Notes under the pieces: generated by a model | What the model was told of the DNA's origin: nothing | Databases searched by the model: none | What the model saw: only the letters and a program-made list of their open reading frames with translations | Part shown: piece by piece, positions 35,480 to 46,887 of the stretch | How the letters are laid out: every line of letters starts with the position of its first letter | How positions within the stretch are numbered: the stretch's first letter is position 1 | Translations under genes and position numbers: made by a program | Assembly: GCA_965603825.1 (NCBI GenBank) | Contig: CBFDEM010000040.1 | Location: forward strand, 496,001 to 560,000 | Direction of reading: 5' to 3' | Origin: Blepharisma stoltei ATCC 30299 | Lineage: Eukaryota; Protista; Ciliophora | Length of the DNA stretch: 64,000 nucleotides

Positions 35480-36535
35480 ATGGAAGAGTCAAAAGACCGT
35501 AAAGGCGTAAAGCATGGCAGTGATGTCAACCTCAATTGCCGCTTTTACCGAAACCAGTTCCCTAAAATTGATGACATCGTTGTCGTAGAAGTCCAACGTG
35601 TAGAAAATGAAGGCGCCTACGTCTCTTTATTGGAATACAACAATATCGAAGGAATGATTCCTCTCGGCGAGCTTTCACGCAAAAGGATAAGATCAGTGAC
35701 GAAACTTACCAGAATAGGCAAACAAGAGTTTGTCACAGTAATTAGGGTAGACGAAGCCAAAGGGTATCTAGATCTGTCCAAAAAACGAGTGGCTCCTGAA
35801 GAAATCCAAGAATGTGAGAGCAAATTCAATAAGTCCAAGACCGTAAATAGCATTCTTCGGCATGTTGCACAGACTACAAAAACAGACATTGAAGTATTGT
35901 ATGAAACTATTGGCTGGCCTCTTTATGATAAATATGAGCATGCTTATGATGCGTTCAGGCTAGCTGTTACTGACCCGAATTCTGTGCTGGAAGGGATTGA
36001 AATGACTCCAGAAATCAGAAATTCTTTGCTTGCAGTAATAAGAACAAGACTTTCTCCACACCCAGTTAATATCAGAGCTGATTTTGCAGTCACTTGTTTT
36101 GAATATGAAGGGATTGACTCTATTAGAGACGCTCTTTCAGCTGGCGCTGCAATGGCAACTGATAGAATCCAGGTGAAAATAAGACTGATAGCAGCCCCTG
36201 TGTTTGTTTTGGTAGTCACAACAATTGATAAAAATCAGGGAATGATTTTGGCTAACAGTGTGCTGAAGAAGATTATGGAAGAAATAAAAGCAAGAGGTGG
36301 AAACTTTGTTATGAAAGAAGAGCCTCATTTCTTAAATGATCAGGGAGATCTAGACCTTGAGGAGTATATACAAAAACAAAATCTGGCTAAGCATGTTGAA
36401 GAAGGTGAAGAGGAAAATGATGAAGGAATGGACGTGGATATTGGAATTGACACAAATGCTATTGATGCCAAGCAGGAGTTGGAAGAGGAAGGTGATGAAG
36501 GGGAAGGAGAGGAAGAAGAAAAAAATGAAGCTTAA
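35480..36535 (+). CDS. EIF2S1: Translation initiation factor eIF2 alpha
   Basis: CRFYRNQFP, LLEYNNIEGMI, ELSRKRIRS (Ser51 motif), KGYLDLSKKRV. Confidence 0.97.
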   Translation: MEESKDRKGVKHGSDVNLNCRFYRNQFPKIDDIVVVEVQRVENEGAYVSLLEYNNIEGMIPLGELSRKRIRSVTKLTRIGKQEFVTVIRVDEAKGYLDLSKKRVAPEEIQECESKFNKSKTVNSILRHVAQTTKTDIEVLYETIGWPLYDKYEHAYDAFRLAVTDPNSVLEGIEMTPEIRNSLLAVIRTRLSPHPVNIRADFAVTCFEYEGIDSIRDALSAGAAMATDRIQVKIRLIAAPVFVLVVTTIDKNQGMILANSVLKKIMEEIKARGGNFVMKEEPHFLNDQGDLDLEEYIQKQNLAKHVEEGEEENDEGMDVDIGIDTNAIDAKQELEEEGDEGEGEEEEKNEA

Positions 36536-37031
36536 TTACAAATAATTTAATTTCGTTAGGCAAGAAAATTATACAAATTAAGTATCTACAATGAAAAGAA
36601 GCTGAGCTGCGTATAATTAAAATAGCAAAGACTAAAAAATATATGAAAATCCGGAGAAAAGTTTAAAATGATAAAATAAAATCTAATAATAAACGATTAG
36701 CAGCTAAAAATATATAGTCTAAACTAACAAGATAATCATTTTTCATATAACTCAAATTCAATATATCTATTAGCTTAATAAAATGCTTTAGATTCTTGTC
36801 TTAAATCTCAATGGCTTCAATCTGAGCCCTTTAATATTCTTATCATTCATCAAATCCTAGCAGCATACTTATAAATATTTGCTACATTAAAGATAATAAA
36901 CATTTATTGCATAGAACAAATTCTATTACTAATTCAAGGCCTAAAATTATCCAATCCTTATCCAAATATCTCTATTAAATTTTTAATATTGCTTTGATAT
37001 ATGGTTAATCTTTATTTGATATAATTTAGAC

Positions 37032-37316
37032 ATGTCAAAAGGGAAAGGTTTCTGCTATTATTACTGTCTTCTCATATCAATCTTTGGGTGTCTATTTTTG
37101 GTGAAAATTATTTAGACTTACATAGCTTTACTTTGTGCTTTCGATGTAAAGGAGCTTGATGTTGAAGATAAAACAGAATACACAGGAACAGTATTTATTT
37201 CTGCTGGTGTTTATGAAGTCATCTTAGGTATTTTGATTGTTTATGGAATTATTACTTCTAGGCGCGGAGGAAATGTTTCAGGGAATGGATATCAGCGTAT
37301 GGAAGATCAAAAGTAG
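37032..37316 (+). CDS. RNASEK: RNase kappa / V-ATPase subunit f-like two-TM protein (intron 37101-37115); absent from the ORF track
   Basis: MSKGKGFCYYYCLLISIFGCLFL|TYIALLCAF...GTVFISAGVYEVILGILIVYG; 89 aa after splicing. Confidence 0.7.
37101..37115 (+). other. 15-nt intron
   Basis: gtgaaaattatttag; carries the in-frame TAG. Confidence 0.85.
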
Positions 37317-38185
37317 TTTAATATTGAATCTTGCATAATATAACTAAAGAGTTGAAAGGACTTGGAATTCTGAAATATAGAAAATAATTGAATTTATTTC
37401 TTTGTCTGCTTATTTTTCTTATTCTTTTAGGATTAGAGATAGATTTTTCCAGTGAATTTTTCATATTAAATTTTGGCTGATTTTATCAAATATTTTGATT
37501 ATACTTGACTATTAGTTCTCATTCTAGAAATTTAGCCTTATTGCTTATATTTTAAATAAGAGAAATACTTTATCAAATGTGCTTTATAGAAATAAATTAA
37601 TATAAATATAAAGGTGTTCATTCAGTTAGAAATTAAGTCATTTTGTAAAATATAATAATAAGATTCCATTATATAATAAACAAAATAAGAATAATTTATA
37701 AAGTTTTTTATTGGTTTTAAATTTGAAGTGATAATTCTTATATTTTTAGCAATGATAGTTGAGTGTGAAAAAATCTTGATAAGTTAAGCATAAGAGATAA
37801 TGTTTCCTCTTGATATCATGTGAAAGCTTATTTAGTTGGCGCTGAGCTCTATTCACAAGTTTTGAAGACGAAATTACTAATTAATTTATATTTTAAATCA
37901 AGTGCAAAATAAATAAAGTTAATTATATTAATTATGCACCTCAAAAGCGAAGCATAATGAGTACGTCTTGAGAGTTGGAATGCGCAAATAGATGACTAGT
38001 ATTGCATTTGGAGATAGATATAAGTTATATAGAAACTCCATTTTGTTCATCTGTTTTAGTTCATAATAAAGTAATAAAATTGCTGGATCTTTTACTGAAT
38101 TTAAATTTTTTGGCACTAATTTATATCAGAAACATGTAGAAGTTAATTGGACTTTAGTCCTCCATTTATAATTAAGAATAATTAA

Positions 38186-39247
38186 ATGGGAGGCACTCCT
38201 TCTAAAGATGGGTCTCGAGATAGCTTTGAGACTTTAAGTATTTTCAAAGAAAAAGCGACCATTGACGACTTTGAAATATTAAAATACATTGGCAAAGGCC
38301 ACTTTGGAAAAGTCTATCAAGTAAGACACAAAACGACATCAAAAATATATGCGATGAAAACATTAAAAAAATCGCAAATCCAAAAGAATAATCAAATACG
38401 AAATACCAAAAACGAAAGGAATGTTTTAGCGAAATCTTCTCACCGCTTCATTGTAAAGCTCTATTATGCATTTAAAACAGAAAAAAAGCTATATTTAGTT
38501 ATGGATTACGTCAGCGGAGGTGAGCTATTTACTCACTTAAAATCTCGAGGGCCATTTCCAGAAAGCTGGGTAAGGTTTTATGCTGCTGAAATTTTGTGTG
38601 CTTTAAATTATTTGCACATGAAAAATATTGTATATAGAGATCTAAAGCCGGAAAATATACTAGTCCAGTCTAGTGGACATATTAAATTATCTGACTTTGG
38701 GCTTTCTAAATCGAACATTGAACAGTCGAACTGCGAAACAGTTTGTGGAACCCCAGCTTATCTATCGCCAGAGATGCTTAAATGCGAAGCATATGGGACC
38801 TCAGTAGATATTTGGGCACTTGGGATTTTACTTTTTGAACTGGCAGCAGGAACAACTCCATTTTATCACAAAAATCGCATTGCGATGTCTAAACGCATAA
38901 TAAACACAGAAATTGTTTATCCTTCTGATTTTTCTTATGAGTTTAAGTCTTTATTGGAAGGACTATTAAGAAAGGAGCCGAAAGAAAGGCTTAGTGCTAA
39001 TGAAGTGAAAAGACATCCATTTTTTGAAAGTATTGACTGAGAAAAAGTGGAGCAAGGACTGTTGAGTCCTCCGTTTATTCCTGTGACCTTTGGAGATGCA
39101 GACACAAGCAATTTCCGAGAAATGGAAATAGAATGTAGCCCAAACAGCCCTCAAGAATTGTTAGAAGAGCCATGTCGAAGTGAGTCGTATTCTGGGTTTT
39201 CTTTTGCTGAAGAAAGTAATAATATGAATATAAACGAATTAAAATAA
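38186..39247 (+). CDS. AGC-family Ser/Thr kinase (S6K/Akt-like)
   Basis: GKGHFG, YAMK, YRDLKPEN, DFG, TVCGTPAY, HPFFESID-TGA(W), hydrophobic motif YSGFSF; begins MGGTPS (myristoylation-like). Confidence 0.93.
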
Positions 39248-40255
39248 TTTCTCTGATGTATCAAATATAGTTTTATATACTTTCTCAATAATTTCCAAAT
39301 GCTATTCCTATTATCAATTCTAAAAATGAAGACAGCACATAATTGGCTGAAAAGCTTCCCCAAATTCTCAATTATGATAATTTCTTTATCTTATATCTCT
39401 TTACTAACGCTTGGTAGAATAATTTCTGTTTTCTTCTTTAAATTGCTTTAAATTTCCTTTTCGTTAAAAAAGGGACAATTCTAGAAGCTCTAATTTAAAT
39501 CCTTTAAGCTATTGAATAAAAATATTTTATCAAAAAGGTAAAAAAGCCTTTTTTCATTATTTTTTCTATCTTTTTGCCTTTGATCTCATCTAGGAAAAGA
39601 ATTTATACACTTCACTAAACATTTTTAAAAAAAGAAGGAAATAAAAGAAGGAAAATAGGCTTGCCTTATCATTTCTGATTTTTTCTTGATCCTAGCAATT
39701 TTTTAATTGATTTCTGGAAGCATTTGGTGGAAATTATAAACATTAAAAACTCCAAAAAGTTTTGCCATTTTCTTCGACAACTTTGGGTTGAACTGAGCAA
39801 TCAGTAACTTATAATTAAAGATGGGACGAAATGACCGAATTCACTGATCGTCGCAAAATTCACATTGCTCCAATTAATTTTCATGTAAAACAAGCTGGGA
39901 AGTGTCCATTCGCCAGCATTTAATTTTTCATCACTTTAGTTATGCAATCAGTAAAGACCAATTTTCGCAAGTATTTTCAGATTTTGCTCTTAGGATCACA
40001 TTCTTTTCGATCTGGAAAACTGTTTCTATATCATTTGATTAAAGACCGTCCAGCTTGATTTCTATCAATTTTCCAAAAATCCAGACAAATGACGCAAAGT
40101 GTGTGGTGAAATTCCAAAAAATCCACAAAAAGGACGTAAAAATTAAAAAATCTAAAAAATATTGATCTTCTTATAACATAAAATTTTGGCCTACCTAAGC
40201 ATGTAGTTCAGAAATTTAGTTGCCATTTAATTGGTGATAATTATATTGATCCAAA

Positions 40256-43000
40256 ATGAGTGAATACAAACAACTGAAGGACGACGTCGAGGAGGAAAAG
40301 AAAAACAATCCAAATCGATTGACTGCTCAGCAGCTTGCTGACATAAACACTGGGGAAGAAGGCTTGAATAAGAAGGAGTGGAAGTTTCGCTTTGATCGAG
40401 ATGGTCCTAATGAGCTACCTGAGAAGAAGGTCAACCCCATTCTGAAGTTTCTATCATACTACTGGGGTCCGATGCCAGTCATGATTTGGTGTGCAATTAT
40501 CATAGAAACTATTCGTCTGTCACTTATTGATGCTGTAGTCTTGCTCATCCTGCAATTTTTCAATGGCTTTGTAGGTTGGTATGAAGAAAAAAACGCAGGA
40601 AATGCAATTGAAGCTTTGAAGAAAAATCTCGCTCCCAAAGCAAAAGTAAAGAGAGAAGGGAAGTGGGAGACAATTGCTGCAAGAGAACTTGTACAGGGAG
40701 ACAGAATCAATATCAAGCTTGGTGACATCATTCCAGCTGATTCTATTTTGGGTCCAGGATATGCAGAAATCGATCAATCAGCACTGACTGGAGAGTCTTT
40801 GGCAGTAACCAGATATGAAGGAGAAACAGTTTACCAGGGCTCTGTCTGCAAAAGAGGCGACTTGGAAGCCATTGTTATTGCCACCGGACCTCGCACTTTC
40901 TTCGGAAAGACATCAACTCTTGTAGGACAGGTTAACCAGAAAGGAAACTTTCAGAAAGTTATTCTGAAAGTCACTGGTATCCTCATGGTTGTATCATTTG
41001 TACTTGTAGCAATCATCATGATTGTTGTTCTCACTAAAGGTAACGACTTTTTGGTCACACTTTCTATCTGTGTCGTCATCCTTGTCGCTTCAATCCCAAT
41101 CGCAACACAAGTTGTCTGTACTGCCACTATGGCTGTTGGTGCTCATGCTCTTGCCCAGCGTCAAGCCATTGTTTGTAAATTAAGTTCAATAGAAGAATTG
41201 GCAGGCATGCAAATCCTATGCAGTGATAAAACTGGAACTCTAACCAAAAATGAATTGACTGTTCAACAGCCAATGCTCTTAAAGAGCTATACCATTGACG
41301 ATATTTTCCTCACTGCTGGACTTGCGTGCAAAAGAGAAGTTGGGTCTCAAGACGCAATTGATAAGTGTGTAAGCGAGTATGCTATTCAGAAATGTAGGAT
41401 TAGCTTCCAAGGCTACGAAGAAGAAGACTTCATCCCATTTGACCCAAAAAACAAAAGAACTGAAGCAACTGTAAGGAACACCAAAACTGGAGAAACTTTC
41501 AAGTGTGCCAAAGGAGCTCCACAAGTGATTTTAGCTATGAGCAAAGACCCAAGCATTGAAGAAGAAATCACCAGATTTGTAGAAGAACTTGCAGCACGTG
41601 GATATAGAACTCTTGGAGTGGCAAGAACTAACAAGGAAGGAGAATGGAACATGCTTGGACTAATTCCCCTCTATGACCCTCCAAGAGACGACACCAAGGA
41701 AACCATCCACAAAGCGTTGCAAATGGAAGTCAAAGTAAAAATGATCACTGGCGACCAAATTGCCATTGCTAAAGAAACTGCCAGACTGCTTAACCTTGGC
41801 GACAAAATCTATAACTCTGACCTTCTCAGTGAAGATGCATCAGCCGTCCAGCGTGAATTACTAGACACATTAGTAGAGGAAGCTGATGGTTTTGCCGAAG
41901 TTTTCCCAGAGCACAAGTTTGGAATCGTCAAAATTCTTCAAGATAAAGGCCACAGAGTTGGAATGACTGGAGATGGAGTCAATGACGCCCCAGCACTTAA
42001 AAAAGCTGACGTAGGTATCGCTGTAGATGGCGCCACCGACGCAGCAAGGGCTGCCGCAGATATTGTCTTGACAAGTCCTGGTCTTTCTGTAATTATAGAA
42101 GCTATATATAGAGCTCGTAAGATCTTCCAAAGAATGAATAACTATTGTATTTATAGAGTCGCATGTACAGTGCAGCTCCTGTTATTCTTCTTTATCACAA
42201 TGTGCTCAGTCAACCCTGATAGTGATTTCACATGCCACTATCACGATGATAAGAGCGAATGTAAGCACATTCCAAACACTTTTACGCTCCCAGTCATTGC
42301 CATTGTCCTGATTACAGTGCTCAATGATGGGACTATTGTGTCAATTGCATATGACAGAGTAACTGTCTCAAAGAAGCCAGAACGATGGAATTTGACCTTG
42401 ATGTTCTTCAATGCTGTCACCTGCGGCACCATTGCCTTGGTCTCTTCAATCATTCTGCTTTTGACTAGCTTAGACAATTTAGACTCCAGAGACCCTGATC
42501 CATTCTATAACGCTTTTAATATAAGCGTTTTCAAGTATGGAGAAGTGCTCACTGCGATTTACATGAAAGTTGCCTTGTCTGATTTCTTGACGCTCTTTGC
42601 GGCGAGAACCAATAGTTGGTTCTGGACAAGAAAGCCAGGCTATATTTTGTTGTTTGCCTTCATCTTTGCTACATTATGTGCAACCTTCTTTTCCACCTAC
42701 TGGTTCTTGAACTTCAACAATGGAGACTCAGGGAATATGCCTGATATGAAGCCTATTTCTTGGAAACTTGCTGGGTTCATTTGGGGATTTGACATCGTCT
42801 TTTTCATATTGCAGGACATAGTGAAGGTATACCAGTTGAAGTTCTTTGATTATTACTATAGCCTTAAAGGAAAAGACACTGGCTACTCTGGAGCTGTTCT
42901 TACTGATACTTTCTTGGTCTTTACTGATGGGAAAGAAGGCAGAGGAGGAGCTAAGAGATCCATTGTTACCAGAAGGTCGATGGCAGCAGCAGGAGTTTAA
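40256..43000 (+). CDS. PMA: Plasma-membrane P-type H+-ATPase (P3A)
   Basis: DQSALTGES, LCSDKTGTLT, KGAPQ, DPPRDD, MITGD, GMTGDGVNDAPALK, NDG. Confidence 0.95.
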   Translation: MSEYKQLKDDVEEEKKNNPNRLTAQQLADINTGEEGLNKKEWKFRFDRDGPNELPEKKVNPILKFLSYYWGPMPVMIWCAIIIETIRLSLIDAVVLLILQFFNGFVGWYEEKNAGNAIEALKKNLAPKAKVKREGKWETIAARELVQGDRINIKLGDIIPADSILGPGYAEIDQSALTGESLAVTRYEGETVYQGSVCKRGDLEAIVIATGPRTFFGKTSTLVGQVNQKGNFQKVILKVTGILMVVSFVLVAIIMIVVLTKGNDFLVTLSICVVILVASIPIATQVVCTATMAVGAHALAQRQAIVCKLSSIEELAGMQILCSDKTGTLTKNELTVQQPMLLKSYTIDDIFLTAGLACKREVGSQDAIDKCVSEYAIQKCRISFQGYEEEDFIPFDPKNKRTEATVRNTKTGETFKCAKGAPQVILAMSKDPSIEEEITRFVEELAARGYRTLGVARTNKEGEWNMLGLIPLYDPPRDDTKETIHKALQMEVKVKMITGDQIAIAKETARLLNLGDKIYNSDLLSEDASAVQRELLDTLVEEADGFAEVFPEHKFGIVKILQDKGHRVGMTGDGVNDAPALKKADVGIAVDGATDAARAAADIVLTSPGLSVIIEAIYRARKIFQRMNNYCIYRVACTVQLLLFFFITMCSVNPDSDFTCHYHDDKSECKHIPNTFTLPVIAIVLITVLNDGTIVSIAYDRVTVSKKPERWNLTLMFFNAVTCGTIALVSSIILLLTSLDNLDSRDPDPFYNAFNISVFKYGEVLTAIYMKVALSDFLTLFAARTNSWFWTRKPGYILLFAFIFATLCATFFSTYWFLNFNNGDSGNMPDMKPISWKLAGFIWGFDIVFFILQDIVKVYQLKFFDYYYSLKGKDTGYSGAVLTDTFLVFTDGKEGRGGAKRSIVTRRSMAAAGV

Positions 43001-43353
43001 ATAATAATACTCTTTCATATAAAATGCGCTTCTTCTAATAATCTCAATAATTTGAAACACTGTAGCAAAGAATAACCTTAAGGTTTTGAGTCGTGATTTC
43101 ACTAAAAATTGTATTTTTCGATTATAACAGCCTGCATTGATCATTTTCTGCATAAATGTTTATAAAGCTCCAAAATTTAGTAATTAATGAATAATAAAAC
43201 CAATTATCGCATCATATAAAATTATTATCATTAGAATAAATTTAATACTTAAAAAAATTTAAGGTTCACATGATGATTCTAGGTTTGCAAACAAACTAGA
43301 ATTCCGCTCAAAAGCAATTCAGCCAGCCAAATTCTTTTGGTTTCTATCAAAAT

Positions 43354-43740
43354 ATGGACCAATTGTCGGACACTATTGAATTTAATAAAAATCTTGCACT
43401 TGTGAGAAATCAGATGCTTGGATACACCGCCAGGCTAAATGAGCTGAAGACCGAGTCTAGACCACCTCTTCCAACCTATAAACCTGGTCCAAATTGAACC
43501 AGTGAATTCATAGGAATCCATGCCTCCTACTCGTATGACTATTTTCCAAAGAAACGCGGGAGAAAACCAAAAGAGGTGGATTTGGCAGAAAATTTGAATA
43601 AAAACGGTGAAATCACCTTCACTTGCAAAAGTTGTAAGCGTGTTCTAGAGATTAAGAAGAAGTATGCAAAGGAGCAGTGCCAGACTTGCTATAAAAAGAA
43701 CAAGAAAAACGACCAAGATCAAAAGTTTGTATATTCTTAA
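43354..43740 (+). CDS. Small AT-hook + C4 zinc-finger protein; absent from the ORF track
   Basis: 128 aa via TGA 43495; PKKRGRKPK and CKSC...YAKEQCQTCY. Confidence 0.75.
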
Positions 43741-44031
43741 TAATTACTCGAAAAGCAGCGCAAATTCATGAGAATGCACTGCTAAATAATGTATCTTAAG
43801 TGAATTGTACTTACTAATTATTTTTTATCCAAACGATAAAAAATCTGCCAATCAATAAGTAGATTAAATTTATCTGAAGGCTTTCTATTAGTTTTATGAG
43901 GGTTATCATTATATAAATAATTCATGATATCAATTATTTTTTAGTTTTCTAAGAGCATAAATTTTTTGTTCATAATAATCTTATGTCAGAAAAAGCTAAA
44001 ATCTTATTAGAAAAATCTACAATGAAGGTTA

Positions 44032-44946
44032 TTAGTTTTCTTGCATCTGAGTCAGCAATTTTTGATGTTGTTCAATAGTCTCCTTATAAATGCTTAAAAG
44101 CTGTTTTAGCTGCGGAACAGTATAAGATGGAAAATCGTCATCATCTTTTAGCTGCTCCATGTCCTCTGTAGCCTGCTTCATCAAATTAATTCTCTCTTTC
44201 GCAGTATTTTCTATTTCTTTTGCATCTTCTTCAATGCCAATAGGTTTCCAGTTCACCCTTTCTTTCGTTTTAAATTCAATGACTTTGCTCATTTCTTTAA
44301 AACAGTCATTCAAATTACTGATTAGCACCTCCACAAGTTTTCCAGCTTGGTCCATTGATCGTTCATATCCTCTCTGAATAAAATATAAAAATTCCCTATC
44401 CCCTTTCGCTGATTCCAAATTAATTCCATTAGTATGAATATTTTGCACAACTTCAATTGAATTTTTAACAGGCTCCCTATCACTGATGGCTTTTCTCAGC
44501 TGATCTTGGAGTCTTGCATAAGCAGCTTCTTGTTTTTTTATTTCGTGTTGGAACTGCACATCCCTAGAGTTTAATTTGGCATTTTCTTTTCTGAGATCTT
44601 CTCTTTCTTGTGTTAATTTGTCTCTCTCTTGTTTGAATTTTAAATTATTTGTAGTCAAACTATTTTGGAGTCTTGAAATTTCATTTTCTAAGTCGTATTT
44701 TGTGTCAGTTAATCTGTCTATTTCACGTGACGCTTCTTTTAATTCATTTTGGGTATCAAACAGTTTATTTGTAGTTTCTTGTCTGGCGTATTGTTCTCTT
44801 TGGAACCTTGAAATAATCTCAAGCAAGCATTTTATGGTTTGCTCTTGGTTTTCTTGGGATAGATTTTCTAGGTTTCCTATAGGTGGGCAGTCTATTGAGG
44901 CTATGACCTGAGAAATATAGTCAATTTTGGTTTGGCGGTCTTCCAT
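44032..44946 (-). CDS. SSX2IP/ADIP/Msd1-like coiled-coil protein
   Basis: QFQHEIKKQEAAYARLQDQL resembles the ADIP family motif. Confidence 0.65.
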   Translation of the reverse strand: MEDRQTKIDYISQVIASIDCPPIGNLENLSQENQEQTIKCLLEIISRFQREQYARQETTNKLFDTQNELKEASREIDRLTDTKYDLENEISRLQNSLTTNNLKFKQERDKLTQEREDLRKENAKLNSRDVQFQHEIKKQEAAYARLQDQLRKAISDREPVKNSIEVVQNIHTNGINLESAKGDREFLYFIQRGYERSMDQAGKLVEVLISNLNDCFKEMSKVIEFKTKERVNWKPIGIEEDAKEIENTAKERINLMKQATEDMEQLKDDDDFPSYTVPQLKQLLSIYKETIEQHQKLLTQMQEN

Positions 44947-44965
44947 TTATTATGGATATCAAAAT

Positions 44966-45508
44966 TTATTTATAAATATTATCGAAAGTACCTAGGAAAG
45001 CTGGGTAATCACCATATGAATACAAGTGGCTTTCGGCAAGTCTTTTCTTTATAACGAGACCTGAAATTGAGCTTTCTAATTGAGCTTTCTGATTTCGTAA
45101 GCTTTCAATCCTGGATTGAAGAACTGCTGATTCAGATATTAATTTAGTTGAGTTTTCGTCTAATTGAGAAATCAATGCCTCATCTTTTGCTTTTTCCATG
45201 TAACTTTCATTAAGTTTATCCATAAATTTTTCTAGTGATTCACCGATTTTGTGTAGATAGATAAATTCATGCACATTAGTCTGAGTTGGAATGGAACATT
45301 GGATTGACCTTGATTCTTTTGGTTTGCTTACGTGCTTGAGAATAGGAAGCACCAGCTCGAGAAGTTGAGTAAATCGCATTGTTTCTTCTTTTGCCTGATT
45401 TGCTATTTTTTCTGTTTCTTTTTCTGTTTCTGCAAGCATCTCTCTGAGAGATTTATTCTGATTTGATAGGAATTCGATTTTTTGTGCTAGGATGGCAGCT
45501 CTATCCAT
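44966..45508 (-). CDS. Hypothetical coiled-coil protein
   Basis: 180-aa ATG..TAA ORF with heptad character. Confidence 0.65.
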   Translation of the reverse strand: MDRAAILAQKIEFLSNQNKSLREMLAETEKETEKIANQAKEETMRFTQLLELVLPILKHVSKPKESRSIQCSIPTQTNVHEFIYLHKIGESLEKFMDKLNESYMEKAKDEALISQLDENSTKLISESAVLQSRIESLRNQKAQLESSISGLVIKKRLAESHLYSYGDYPAFLGTFDNIYK

Positions 45509-46106
45509 TTATCATCATTATTAGCTTTTTACGCATAAGTTGTAAGCAAAATATTTTTTTTTATTATTGGTGGTGCTAATAATAGAGTTTTAGAATTAAA
45601 GGCAGCTATTTTACATTATATCAAGAAATCATAAAAATTGCAATAATTACACATTAATAACTTGATGAATTTTATATATTACATTTTTATCAATAAATAA
45701 TAATGGTTTTTTGTCTTTGCTATTATATGAGTTATGTTTAAATCAGGAATTTTTATATCTTTAACCCAAGCTAAATAAGCATCAAAGAGTCCCAAGAAAT
45801 GGCTAAGCATTTCCTAGATTTTAATTAGGTATTATTCAAATGGTGAATTATAGAAATTTTCTTTATCAGCCAAAACTAGCTTTGAATTTCCTTGATATAA
45901 AGTTAGATTGAGATTTGGCAATGCTAGGCTTGAAAAATAAATCCCAATATATGGTATTTATATTTTTCTTCCGTAAAAGATTTGAAGTCTCTAGTTTAAA
46001 TACTTGAAAATGCCATTAAACTAATACCAGAAATTATTTTTTTAGATTATGGACATTAATGAACAAATAATTATAATACTATTTTCTCAATTTTTTATAA
46101 GATTTC

Positions 46107-46631
46107 TTATAAATCAGATTTCTTTTTCTTGATATATCTTGTTCTAATCGATTGTGTTGGCTTTTCTGACAAATCTTCTAGAGTTGCCTCACCAGAAAAA
46201 TTTAAATCGCTTAAATTGAAATTGGTGCTCTGGACTTTTCTAATTCTAATATTTTCGCCTCGCTGATTCAAATTTTCCCCAGAGCTTAAAACAAGTCTCA
46301 TGCGATTTGGATAATTAGATATGGATTCAGGATTATTTAATGCTGAAGGAGGATACTCAGGCACTATAATATTCGCATGATGCCTCATATCAGATGCATC
46401 TTGATCATGGTTTGATTTTATTTGAAATTCAAAATCATTAGTTTCTGCAGTAGAGTCTATTTGTCCGAAACTGACTAAATTGGGGGAAACTCTTCTTTTT
46501 TTGGATAGCTCATAAAAGGGTTCACAAGGTTGTAGTTGAGGACTGTGATACCGTTGATATTCATGCTTAGATCCAGATGCAGCAACTGATATGCTAGAGA
46601 GTTTAGACTTTTTTTCAGGGCTTTTGTCCAT
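46107..46631 (-). CDS. Hypothetical protein
   Basis: 174-aa ORF with coding-like GC content between AT-rich spacers. Confidence 0.6.
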   Translation of the reverse strand: MDKSPEKKSKLSSISVAASGSKHEYQRYHSPQLQPCEPFYELSKKRRVSPNLVSFGQIDSTAETNDFEFQIKSNHDQDASDMRHHANIIVPEYPPSALNNPESISNYPNRMRLVLSSGENLNQRGENIRIRKVQSTNFNLSDLNFSGEATLEDLSEKPTQSIRTRYIKKKKSDL

Positions 46632-46887
46632 TTTCTATTATCGAATTATTATTTTACTCAATAGAAATTTGTTTATCGAGCTTATATATTATTTTATATT
46701 AATAATTTTTCGATTATAAAGAAGAAATACACTCAGAATTCGCATTTTTCTTAAATTCTTATCAAATTTCATTATCTAAGCTATAGTAGAACTGAAAATA
46801 AATTCAGAATTGCTCTTTCTATTCTTTTATATTACAATATTATGCTTATTTGCTTAACATCTGTCTAAATATGATAATTTAAATATA

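Noticed and set aside
43270-43299. Upstream exon for the AT-hook gene via a 17-nt GT..AG
   Set aside because: Wrong length for this genome, and splicing would not join ATG 43270 in frame
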